From: Polaromonas sp.
GTDB taxonomy: Bacteria > Pseudomonadota > Gammaproteobacteria > Burkholderiales > Burkholderiaceae_C
Length of the DNA stretch: 32,677 bases
Direction of reading: 5' to 3'
Assembly: GCA_964201305.1 (NCBI GenBank)
Contig: CAXNEG010000001.1
Location: 1 to 32,677 of the forward strand
Below the pieces are notes generated by a model that saw only the letters and a program-made list of their open reading frames with translations, searched no databases and was not told where the DNA came from. Of the stretch, positions 8,759-17,750 are shown piece after piece (the stretch's first letter is position 1; each line of letters begins with the position of its first letter). Made by a program: the position numbers and the translations under genes.

Positions 8759-10617
8759 GCCCCAGCCCCGTAGATCTGCTCGAGTTCGCGCGCGAACTTC
8801 TTGTTGATGGTTCCGCGGCGCACTTTTTGGGTCGCTGTCAGTTCGCCGTCATCGTGATCCAGTTCCTTTTCGAGAAGCACGAACTTGCGTATGTTCTCGA
8901 CCCGGGCGAATTTCGAATTGACCACATCCACCACGCCCTGGATCAACTCCCGTACTTCGACCATCTGCGTGAGCGACTTGAAGGTCGTGTACTGCAGATC
9001 GCGCTCACCTGCCCAGCGGCCGACGCTGTCGAAGTCGATCTGGATCAGGCCACCCAGGAACTTTTTGCCCTCGCCCACCACGATCGCTTCCCTTATGAAT
9101 GGACTATCTTTAAGTGCGTTCTCGATCTCAGACGGCGCAATGTTCTTGCCGCCGCTGGTGATGATGATGGCCTTTTTGCGATCGACCACAGCCAGTTCAT
9201 CTGAACCTCGTTTTTCTACAATGTCGCCAGTGGCAAGCCAACCGTCGGGGGAGAGGATGTCGCTGGTGCCCTTGTCGTCAAACAGGTAGCCCTTGAAGAC
9301 ACCCGGGGAACGCACGATGACTTCTCCGTCTTCGAGCACTTTCCAGTCCACTCCCTCCATCGCCGGACCACAACTGCCCGAGATGAGGGGTCGGCCTGGC
9401 ACTTGCACGAAGCACAGCCCACCGGCTTCGGTCAGGCCGTACCCCTGTCCCACGGGCAGGCCAATGATGTCAAAGAACCTTAGCGTTTCTGGTGACACGG
9501 ACGCACCGCCACACATCCGGGTATGCGTCCTGTTCAGACCCATGTGCCGCTGCATGTTTCGAAACAGCAGCCCATACCAAAGCGCAAATTCAAGGCGGTC
9601 TGCTAGGGCGACATGCGCGCTGTGCTGCGTGCGACGATCCGACAGGATGCGCCCGCGCTTCATTCCCACGCTGTATAGCCACCGCTGCAATGGGCCACTA
9701 TCTTTCATGCGAAACTCAAAACCCTGCTGCAGCTTTTCCCAAATGCGGGGCACCCCCAGAAAAAATGTAGGCGCAATCTCCCTGATATTGGTCGCCACCG
9801 TGTCAATAGACTCGGCAAAATTCACGCATCCACCAGTGATCAGGTGCTGTACCGTCGAATAAGTGCGCTCAGCCACATGGCACAGCGGCAGGTAGCAGAC
9901 AGATTCAAACTTCTTGTCCACCATCTGTCGCGCCACCATGTAGGCATAGGCACCGTAGACGAAGTTACGGTGCGTGAGCATGGCGCCCTTGGGGGGACCA
10001 GTGGTGCCAGATGTGTAAACAAGAATATTTACGTCGTCAGGTATCAACTGGTCGATCAGTCCGTCCAGCCAGTGGTCGGCCGTGGAGTTTTCCTGCAGGT
10101 ACTGGTCGCCCAATTCCATCAGATATGCGAATGCATGCGGGAGTCCGGGCTCATAGCGGCGCAGCCCCTTCATGTCCACGCAAAAAATGTGTTTCAGGTG
10201 GGGTAAGCCATCTCCGCTGGCCACTGCGTCCAGAACCTTGTCAGTCTGCTCTTGGTCACCGGTGACAGCCAGCCTAGCCTGGCAATGGCCCGCTATGTAC
10301 TGCACTTCGGGCCAGGGGTTGGTTGGGTAGATGCCAACGACCTGTACGCCGATCATCTGTGCGCCCAGGTCGGCATAAAACCATTCAGGCACGTCCTCAC
10401 CTGCGATGATGATGCGGTCGCCCTGCTTCATACCCAGCTTGGCCAGCCCGAACGCCACCCGCCTGGCATCGCGGTAGTACTCAGCCCAAGTTCTCCCGCG
10501 CCAAATACCATGGACCTTTTCGCGAAGTGCCACCTGGGCCCCGCGCTCGGCCGCACGCAGGCGCAACAAGGCGGGCAAGGTAGCGTCACCGAGGATGAGT
10601 TTGTCGTGTTCAAGCAT
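8755..10617 (-). CDS. AMP-dependent (long-chain-type) acyl-CoA synthetase
   Basis: YTSGTTGPPKG, YGLTE, ATGD, GGKNIAP, TQKVRR; GAGG RBS before ATG 10617. Confidence 0.93.
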   Translation of the reverse strand: MLEHDKLILGDATLPALLRLRAAERGAQVALREKVHGIWRGRTWAEYYRDARRVAFGLAKLGMKQGDRIIIAGEDVPEWFYADLGAQMIGVQVVGIYPTNPWPEVQYIAGHCQARLAVTGDQEQTDKVLDAVASGDGLPHLKHIFCVDMKGLRRYEPGLPHAFAYLMELGDQYLQENSTADHWLDGLIDQLIPDDVNILVYTSGTTGPPKGAMLTHRNFVYGAYAYMVARQMVDKKFESVCYLPLCHVAERTYSTVQHLITGGCVNFAESIDTVATNIREIAPTFFLGVPRIWEKLQQGFEFRMKDSGPLQRWLYSVGMKRGRILSDRRTQHSAHVALADRLEFALWYGLLFRNMQRHMGLNRTHTRMCGGASVSPETLRFFDIIGLPVGQGYGLTEAGGLCFVQVPGRPLISGSCGPAMEGVDWKVLEDGEVIVRSPGVFKGYLFDDKGTSDILSPDGWLATGDIVEKRGSDELAVVDRKKAIIITSGGKNIAPSEIENALKDSPFIREAIVVGEGKKFLGGLIQIDFDSVGRWAGERDLQYTTFKSLTQMVEVRELIQGVVDVVNSKFARVENIRKFVLLEKELDHDDGELTATQKVRRGTINKKFARELEQIYGAGA

Positions 10618-11398
10618 GGCTTGCCTCTTCACCGAGGTAAGCCTTGAGCACCAACGGGTTGTCTGCTATTTGGGCTGGCGTGCCCTGCGCGATCAGCGAG
10701 CCGAAGTCCAGAACATAAACCCGGTCGGACAGGTCCATCACGACCTGCATATCGTGTTCAATCATCAGCACCGCAATGCCGAATTCGTCGCGTATGTCCA
10801 GAATGAATCGCGCAATGTCCTCTTTCTCTTCGCGGTTCATTCCTGCAACGATTTCATCCAGAAGCAATAGCTTGGGTTCGCAAGCCAGTGCACGTCCCAA
10901 TTCCACACGCTTTTGCTGACCATAGGCCAGTTGCGAGACGGTCTTGTCGCGAAGTTCTTCGATCTCCAGAAACTCGATAATCTGCTCGATCTTTTCGCGC
11001 GCGAGAATTTCCTGGCGGCGCGGACGGCCAAAGTACAACAGCGACTCCAGCACCGAATAGCGAAAGTGGATATGGCGGCCCACCAGCAGGTTTTCCACCA
11101 CTGTGCCGTGACGGAACAGAGCAAGGTTCTGAAAGGTGCGGCCAATCCCCAGGCCTGCAAAGTCCGACGACTTCAGGCCCGCGACATCTTTGCCCTCGAA
11201 CAGGATCTGACCATCGCTTGGGGGGAGCACCCCGCTGATCAGGTTGAATGTGGTTGTCTTGCCGGCACCATTGGGGCCGATCAGGCTGACGATCTCGCCG
11301 GGATTGACTTTCAGGCTCACGTCGTTGACCGCCTTCACACCACCGAATCTCTTGGAGATTTTGTGGACCTCAAGCACGGGTTGTATGCTGGCGTTCAT
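10610..11398 (-). CDS. LIV-type ABC ATPase (LivG-like)
   Basis: GPNGAGKTT, RTFQN, LAYGQQKR, LLLDE, EHDM. Confidence 0.93.
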   Translation of the reverse strand: MNASIQPVLEVHKISKRFGGVKAVNDVSLKVNPGEIVSLIGPNGAGKTTTFNLISGVLPPSDGQILFEGKDVAGLKSSDFAGLGIGRTFQNLALFRHGTVVENLLVGRHIHFRYSVLESLLYFGRPRRQEILAREKIEQIIEFLEIEELRDKTVSQLAYGQQKRVELGRALACEPKLLLLDEIVAGMNREEKEDIARFILDIRDEFGIAVLMIEHDMQVVMDLSDRVYVLDFGSLIAQGTPAQIADNPLVLKAYLGEEASHA

Positions 11399-12225
11399 GA
11401 CAGCCACCTCTTGCGGCGTTTGTAGTGTTTCACGTCTTTCATGTGCGTGCGGCCCGCTTGGGAAGATAGGCCGAGGTAAAACTCGCGCACGTCCTGGTTG
11501 CGGCGAAGCTGTTCACTGGTACCGTCTAGCACCACGCGGCCGTTTTCCAGGATGTAGGCGTAGTCGGCAATAGCCAGCGCCCGACTGGCGTTTTGCTCGA
11601 CCAGCAAGATGGTCAGACCATAGGTTTCGCGCAGTCCACGGATGGTGTTGAAGATTTCCGTGACGATCAGCGGCGCCAGGCCCAGCGAGGGCTCGTCCAG
11701 CGCAAGCACCTTGGGGCGGCTCATAAGCGCACGGCCGATTGCCACCATCTGTTGCTCGCCGCCCGAAAGGTAGCCGGCAATTTGCTTGCGCCGGTCAGCA
11801 AGGCGTGGGAACAGTTCGTACACGTATTCGCGGGCTTCGCCCAGCCGCTGCACGCCCTGCAGGTGGGCGCCAACGATGAGGTTTTCGTCCACGGTGAGCG
11901 ACGCAAACAGGCGACGGCCTTCAGGCACTTGCACCATGCCGCGTTTGACGATCAGCGGCGCGGGTGCACGCTCAACCGCCTGGCCGAACAGGTGGATCGA
12001 GCCTTTTTCGATCTCACCATCCTCGGCGTCCAGCACGCCCGAGATGGCCTTGAGCACGCTGGATTTGCCGGCACCGTTGGAGCCGAGCAAGGCCACGATC
12101 TGACCCGTGCGCACCTCCAGCGATACATCGCGTACGGCCTCGATCGCGCCGCCATACACGATCTGGATGTTATGCACGGCCAGAGCCGGCGGCACAGTGG
12201 TGGGCGAATCAGTTGAAAAATTCAT
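11395..12225 (-). CDS. LIV-type ABC ATPase (LivF-like)
   Basis: GSNGAGKS, PEGRR, LSGGEQQM, DEPSLGL, C-terminal KHYKRRKRWLS. Confidence 0.93.
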   Translation of the reverse strand: MNFSTDSPTTVPPALAVHNIQIVYGGAIEAVRDVSLEVRTGQIVALLGSNGAGKSSVLKAISGVLDAEDGEIEKGSIHLFGQAVERAPAPLIVKRGMVQVPEGRRLFASLTVDENLIVGAHLQGVQRLGEAREYVYELFPRLADRRKQIAGYLSGGEQQMVAIGRALMSRPKVLALDEPSLGLAPLIVTEIFNTIRGLRETYGLTILLVEQNASRALAIADYAYILENGRVVLDGTSEQLRRNQDVREFYLGLSSQAGRTHMKDVKHYKRRKRWLS

Positions 12226-12239
12226 CTTACTTGAATAAT

Positions 12240-12259
12240 TAGTCCGTCGCGTCGGTCTT
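12240..12259. promoter_or_regulatory. Putative TetR operator 2 TAGTCCGTCGCGTCGGTCTT
   Basis: Same 20-mer, 14 nt upstream of the ABC operon start. Confidence 0.8.
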
Positions 12260-12299
12260 TAAATTGAGCGGATTATTGAACAAAGGAGGGGCGCACTGC

Positions 12300-13317
12300 C
12301 ACCTAGGGCATACCCGTAAATACCGCCGGAGCGGCCAAAAATCCTTGAGGGCCATGTTTTCGTCCGCGAAAAAGGCGGAATCAACCTGCAGCGGCTGGAC
12401 CAGCGCCCGTCGCACCAGCAAGAAGTCGCCTAGGCGGTTGACCGCGTCAACCGCCATTACACGGTTTCCCTGCAGGTAGAACGCGCAAAAGCTCCGCGCC
12501 GCCAGGCTTCCGCGCAACACACAACGGTCGAAACCCTGCGACAGGCCAGCCATCTGCAGCTTGATCTCGTACTGGTCGAACCAGATCCAGGGCACCGACA
12601 GGTTGGGCTTGCCGCACAGCCAGGATGCGGCAGCGCGCGCCTGCTCCAGCGCATTGGGTACAGATTCAAGACGCACCTAGCGGCTACTGGAATACCGCCG
12701 TCTACGTCCAGGGCCGCGTTGCGAGCAAGCTCAATGTTCGCCAGCATGCCAATGCCCGCGACCACCATGTCAGCCGACAGTCGCCGGTCTGTGCTACGCA
12801 GCACGGCGACGATCCTGCCGCCCTCGCATCCCATACGCGCAACGATGGTGCCGGTGATCAGGTTCACGCCAGGGTCGAGGTGAACGTCCTCGTAAAACTG
12901 CGACACCTCGGGACCTGCCACACGGGCCAGTACACGCGGCTGCGCAGGGTCCATGCCTTTGCACACCAACGGTCGGGGCCGTCCGCCGGTGCACAACGCA
13001 AGCTTTTTGTAACCCAGCGCTGTGCCGTCAGACAGGATCACGCGATGCGCGATTCGGTCGATGGCAACCACACGCGCGCCCTCCAAGTGCTCCACGCGCG
13101 CCACCTCATTGCTGCCGCCGGCCGCAGAGCTAGCGAGACCAAGTCCGACTTGTCCATGAGGTGGGCCTTGTACAAAGGTGGACGCTGGTAAGGCGCACCG
13201 GTTTCCTCACCCAGCAGGACAATGCGCCCAGCCCAACTGCCTTGGCGAGCAGCCATGGTCATCTCACCACCGGCATGTCCGACGCCCATTATGAGCAGAC
13301 CGCAGTGTTGTATCCAT
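12300..13317 (-). pseudogene. FAD-dependent ferredoxin reductase (putidaredoxin-reductase type), frameshifted with internal deletions
   Basis: GVGHAG, PYQRPPL, LCTGGRPR, RLESVPNA, PWIWFDQY and LQMAG occur in different frames; NAD-binding GGGxIG and GD motifs are missing; 3' boundary approximate. Confidence 0.88.
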
Positions 13318-13352
13318 GCTTACCCTAATCTGATTTAGCGGACTTTAGTTTA

Positions 13353-13372
13353 TAGTCCGACACGTCGGTCTA
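13353..13372. promoter_or_regulatory. Putative TetR operator 3 TAGTCCGACACGTCGGTCTA
   Basis: Most symmetric copy; lies in the divergent reductase/TetR2 spacer. Confidence 0.88.
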
Positions 13373-13451
13373 ACAATAATTCCATGAGACCGGATGTGCA
13401 AGGTTGCTGGTACGGGTTGGGCGGCCAGGGAGAACAAACAGGAGCAGGACG

Positions 13452-14063
13452 ATGACGCGAGCACGCGCCGACGACTACGAGGACAAAAAACAGGTCATCC
13501 TTGACAAGGCGGCCGCTTTGATTGCTCGCAAGGGGTTTGACGTAGCCACCATGATGGACGTGGCCAAAGCCTGTGGTACGTCGAAATCACACCTGTACCA
13601 CTACTTTCCCAGCAAGGAAGACCTGCTCTACGCCATCGTGCAGGAACACATCACGCGCCAGAGTCTGGACCTCGCCCGCATCGTGGCGCAGCCTCTGCCA
13701 GCTGAGAATCGTTTTGAGCAGTTTGTGGAAAGCTTCGTGCAGGGCGCGGCGCGCTCGCGCAACGAGCATCTGATGCTGATGAACGACATCAAGTACCTGC
13801 CTAAGCCGCAGCTCGATGAAATCCGCCGCATGGAGGTCGAGATGACCGAACTCATGCAGTCCTTGCTGCGCGAAATCAACCCTTCACTGATGGGCGAGGA
13901 ACGAGTGCAAAAACCCTACGCATTGCTGCTGTTCGGCATGATGATCTGGACTTTCTCGTGGTATCGCCGCTCGGGGTCGATCACCCCTGGAGAACTGGCC
14001 AAACGCATCTCCGATCTTTTCGTCAGCGGCTTCAAGGCACAGTCAAAACTGAATTCGAATTAA
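13452..14063 (+). CDS. TetR/AcrR family regulator 2, paralogue of regulator 1
   Basis: MMDVAKACGTSKSHLYHYFPSK; GMMIWTFSWY; AGGAG RBS. Confidence 0.93.
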   Translation: MTRARADDYEDKKQVILDKAAALIARKGFDVATMMDVAKACGTSKSHLYHYFPSKEDLLYAIVQEHITRQSLDLARIVAQPLPAENRFEQFVESFVQGAARSRNEHLMLMNDIKYLPKPQLDEIRRMEVEMTELMQSLLREINPSLMGEERVQKPYALLLFGMMIWTFSWYRRSGSITPGELAKRISDLFVSGFKAQSKLNSN

Positions 14064-14096
14064 AGGGCGAACGCCTATGCGTGTCGATCAGTTCAG

Positions 14097-14360
14097 CTAA
14101 CGCTTTTGAATCTTCCGATATGAATCGCGCAGAACGCTCTTCATGATCATGCTGGCGCCGGAAAGCGCTAACGCATCAAAAAACGCCACCTGATGGGAGA
14201 GCTTGTAGTTAGCAATATGTTCGCGGCAAAGGGTGACGATCTCATCCTCCTTCGCCATCTTTGCGTCCTCCAGCGTCACAACGGCCGGCACTGCTTCGCC
14301 ACATTCCTCGTCCGGGACCTCAATCAAGGCAAGTTCGCGCACCGACGGGAGGGAGTGCAT
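14097..14360 (-). pseudogene. C-terminal remnant of an acyl-CoA ligase (AMP-binding C domain)
   Basis: VPDEECGEAVPAVV, CREHIANYK, LSGASMIMKSVLR (degenerate PxxxxGK); N-terminal domain absent. Confidence 0.75.
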
Positions 14361-14384
14361 GGCGTTCTACACCGCATTGGAGTA

Positions 14385-14791
14385 AATTTTTGCCGCCAAT
14401 GACAAGCATGCACCTGCTTGATCTCCTGAGGCTGCAGGGATGGCAGAAATTTGAGGTCGTTGGTCGACCCCATGTGCACGCTGCAATGCTCGGCGGCACG
14501 TTTCGCCATGGCTCGTACCAATTGTTTCAGCCGCTCTTTCGGTATTCCTGGTCCGTGAGCAATCGCGCCCAGCCCGCCCACGGCACTTGAGATGTGCTCG
14601 CTGGTGAGCACAAGCAGCAGCACTTCCTTGCAAGGAAAGTGGTGGTTCAGCTCGGACTTGGACACATTGCACGCCACCGCGATGTCCTGCAGCTTGCGGC
14701 TCTCAAAGCCTAAGCGGGCAAACAGGCTGGCTGTACCCTCGCAGATCTTTTTACGTCTGTCGTTGTGGTTACTGGCACGCGGTCTGGCCAG
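14385..14791 (-). pseudogene. Degenerate third TetR paralogue
   Basis: LARPRASNHNDRRKKI...LQDIAVACNVSKSELNHHFPCKE and NDLKFLP align with TetR1/2; no ATG; C-terminus lost; boundaries approximate. Confidence 0.75.
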
Positions 14792-14831
14792 CTTGTTGCG
14801 GCACAAGGTTGAACCGGGTCTTTTGATGCAA

Positions 14832-16052
14832 CTACCGAGCGACCACGCCCCGGTCACACAGGCTTCCATACTGGGCTTGCGTCACGCCCAGCAGTTGCGA
14901 CAGCACCTCGCCCGTGTGCTGCCCCAGCATGGGTGAAACACCCGCCGGCAGGCGCTTCATCCCCGAGAAGTTCAAAGGCAGACCCGCCGCCAGATACTTC
15001 CCCACCCCCGGCTGATCAATCGTTCTGAACATCGGGTTGGCCGGAGAGCAGGCTTCGTCCTGCGTGACCAGCTGCGCGAGCGTCTGGTACTTGCCCCAGC
15101 AGGCGCCGTGTTTCGTCAACGCGGCTGCTGCCTGAGCATAGCTGTGGCGTGCCATCCAGCCCTCCACCAGCACGCCAAGTTCCTTGCGGGCCTCGAAACG
15201 GTGGCCTTCCAGGTGCAGGTTCAGGCCCCGTTGCTCGCCCAGGATCCTCACCGCCTCGTTCAACCCCATGGCTTCGCAAATGGCCTGCCATTGCTTCAAG
15301 GTCAGGCCCACGATGATCACGCGTTCGCCGTCCGCCGTCTTGAAGTCGCGGCCAAACGCGCCGAACAGCTCGTTGCCGTGGCGCTCGCGCTGGTGGCCAA
15401 GCTGAGCCTCGGCGATAAGGCCCAGGTGGCTCACAGCAGCGAGTGCCACGTCTTCGAGCGGCAGCTTCACATGCTGGCCCTGACCCGTCTTCAGTCGGTG
15501 GCGTTCTGCGGTCAGCAGGCCGACTGCTGCCATCTGGCCGGTCACGAGATCCCAGGCGGGCAGCACGTGGTTGACCGCTTCCTGGTTGGCCGTGCCGCGC
15601 TCATCGCCCGTGATGTACGGGATGCCCACGCGTGAGTTGATGGTGTAGTCGACCGCCGAGCCGCCATGTCGGTCGCCTTGCACGGTGAGCTGGATCAGGT
15701 CCTCGCGCTTTTCCTTGAGCTTGTCGTGATCGAGCCAGCCGCGCGCCGGAAAGTTGGTCAGCAATATGCCGGCGTCTTCGCCCGGCGCGGTGATGAGTGC
15801 CATGGCGATCTCGCGTCCTTCGGGCTGGCCCAAGTCAAGCGTGACGGACCGTTTGGACTTGTTAAGGCCGCACCAGAAGAGGCTGACATCGTCGTGCGTT
15901 ACTGGCCATCGCTTGTAGTCGAGCCCTCCGCCCAGCGTGTCGATACGGATCACATCTGCGCCCATCTGCGCCAGAGTCATGCCGCCCAGCGGCGCCGCCA
16001 CGAACGCAGCAGCCTCGACCACGCGCATGCCCGCCAAGATGCCTTCTGTCAT
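14832..16052 (-). CDS. mct: Mesaconyl-CoA C1-C4 CoA transferase (2-methylfumaryl-CoA isomerase)-like family III CoA transferase
   Basis: FVAAPLGGMTLAQ, GGGLDYKRWP, VNHVLPAWD, GAFGRDF, NPMF closely recall Chloroflexus Mct (from memory). Confidence 0.85.
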   Translation of the reverse strand: MTEGILAGMRVVEAAAFVAAPLGGMTLAQMGADVIRIDTLGGGLDYKRWPVTHDDVSLFWCGLNKSKRSVTLDLGQPEGREIAMALITAPGEDAGILLTNFPARGWLDHDKLKEKREDLIQLTVQGDRHGGSAVDYTINSRVGIPYITGDERGTANQEAVNHVLPAWDLVTGQMAAVGLLTAERHRLKTGQGQHVKLPLEDVALAAVSHLGLIAEAQLGHQRERHGNELFGAFGRDFKTADGERVIIVGLTLKQWQAICEAMGLNEAVRILGEQRGLNLHLEGHRFEARKELGVLVEGWMARHSYAQAAAALTKHGACWGKYQTLAQLVTQDEACSPANPMFRTIDQPGVGKYLAAGLPLNFSGMKRLPAGVSPMLGQHTGEVLSQLLGVTQAQYGSLCDRGVVAR

Positions 16053-16053
16053 G

Positions 16054-17736
16054 TCAGTCCTCCGCAGCCTGCAGGCCCAAGGCGCGCTCCATCAGGCTGC
16101 GCGCAATCACCTTTAGCGCCAGCGTTTCTTCCGCGCCCTCGAAGATGGACAACACGCGCGCATCCACAAAATAGCGGCTTACTGCGGTTTCCTCAGCATA
16201 CCCCATGCCGCCATGCAGTTGCAGAGCCTCGCGGGTGACTAGTTCGGCCGACCGGCAGGCCAGCAGCTTGACCAGGCTGGCCTCCATGCGGCCGTTGCCG
16301 GTGTCCACAATGCCGGCAACGGTGTAGGTAAGCCGCCGGCAGGCTGCCTGGCGAGCGGCCATGCGTGCAAGCTTGGCCTGCGTGAGGGCAAACCCGCCCA
16401 GCGGTGCACCAAACACCTTGCGGTCGCTTGAGTAGCGAATGGCCGCACGCAATGCAGCGCGCATCACGCCGCAGGCGCGCGCGGCGGTCTGGATGCGACC
16501 GCCCACCATGCCGGCCATGGTGAAGTAAAAGCCCTTGCCCAGACCCGCCTCGCCACCGATCACATTGGCGTCGGGCACAAAGAAATCCTCGAATGACAAG
16601 TCAAACGAATGCATGCCGCGGTAGCCGATGGTCGGTATGGCCCGGCCCGTGAGCTTGCCGCCGCCATCTTGCTGGTAAGTGAACTCGTGGCTGTCGTACG
16701 AAGGCTTTTCCACCAGCAGCAAGCTCAGGCCCTTGTGGCCCAGCGCGCGGTCCGACTGGGTGCGCGTGACCACCATCAACACGCCTGCCTTTCCGGCAAA
16801 GGTGCACCAAGTCTTGGCGCCGTTCAGCACCCAGCCGCCAAGCACCTGCGTGCCCTTCAGGCCCAGCGCGGCAACGTCCGAGCCGTAGTCGGGTTCGGTG
16901 ATAGCAATCGCACACAGCGGGTCGCCCGCGGCCAACCGGGGTAGCCAGTGAGCCTTTTGCGCCTCGGTGCCACCGGTCATGAGGGCGCGGCTCAGAATTT
17001 CGGGACGGGTGATCAGGCTGCCCCCGGCGGCCAGCGACGCTTCGGAAAGAGCCTCTGTCACCACCACCATCAGCAAGGTGTCGTCGCGGTCGTCAGGGCC
17101 GCTGCCGCCGAACTTCTCGGGAATCGCCAAGCCAAAAACCCCCATCTCGCGCATGGGCTGCAACAGTGACTCCGGCACGGTGAGGTCATGCCGGTGGATA
17201 GATTCGGCCTGCGGGGCCACCACTTCGGTGGCAAAGCGTCGAAAGGCGTCCTGGACCTGTGCGTGCTGCCCATCCAGCAGAGGCGCAGCCACATCGTCAT
17301 CCTCTTGTGCCACGGCACGGCCGGTGGCCTCCAACGCCCGGGCACCGCCAGCTTCGCGCCGCAAGCGGGTCCAAGCTGCACTGTCACGCACCCCGCGCAG
17401 CGCAGCGGCGTCCAGGCCGGCCTCGGCGTACACCGTCTCCAGCCGGTCGATCACTGAGATGACGGCGTCCACCGTGAAAACAAGCGCCAGCTGCACCTGC
17501 AGTACGGGCGAGTCCGGTGCCACCGCCGCCACACTGACCTCGGCCGCCAGCAATTCGGCGCCGGCCCAGGCCATCTCGAAGCTGGCCACCTGCTGCTCAT
17601 CGAGCAAGCGGTTAACTAGCCGGCCCTCGCTGGCACAGGCACGCGCCAGCGCGGACACACCGACGTCGAATACAGGGCGCAGCGCCGACAGCACCTCGCG
17701 TGCCGCCTGCATTTGCTGCTTGATGGTGTCGTTCAT
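16054..17736 (-). CDS. Long acyl-CoA dehydrogenase with N-terminal extension, methylsuccinyl-CoA dehydrogenase (Mcd)-like
   Basis: TEPDYGSD, GAKTWCT, IGYRGM, RIQTAARA, HGGMGY, IFEGAEE; ~560 aa; adjacent to mct; alternative start 17742. Confidence 0.85.
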   Translation of the reverse strand: MNDTIKQQMQAAREVLSALRPVFDVGVSALARACASEGRLVNRLLDEQQVASFEMAWAGAELLAAEVSVAAVAPDSPVLQVQLALVFTVDAVISVIDRLETVYAEAGLDAAALRGVRDSAAWTRLRREAGGARALEATGRAVAQEDDDVAAPLLDGQHAQVQDAFRRFATEVVAPQAESIHRHDLTVPESLLQPMREMGVFGLAIPEKFGGSGPDDRDDTLLMVVVTEALSEASLAAGGSLITRPEILSRALMTGGTEAQKAHWLPRLAAGDPLCAIAITEPDYGSDVAALGLKGTQVLGGWVLNGAKTWCTFAGKAGVLMVVTRTQSDRALGHKGLSLLLVEKPSYDSHEFTYQQDGGGKLTGRAIPTIGYRGMHSFDLSFEDFFVPDANVIGGEAGLGKGFYFTMAGMVGGRIQTAARACGVMRAALRAAIRYSSDRKVFGAPLGGFALTQAKLARMAARQAACRRLTYTVAGIVDTGNGRMEASLVKLLACRSAELVTREALQLHGGMGYAEETAVSRYFVDARVLSIFEGAEETLALKVIARSLMERALGLQAAED

Positions 17737-17750
17737 GCGCATTCCCTTGT

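Noticed and set aside
13335-13346. Extra half-site-like agcggacttt beside operator 3
   Set aside because: Only a short partial match; could be chance
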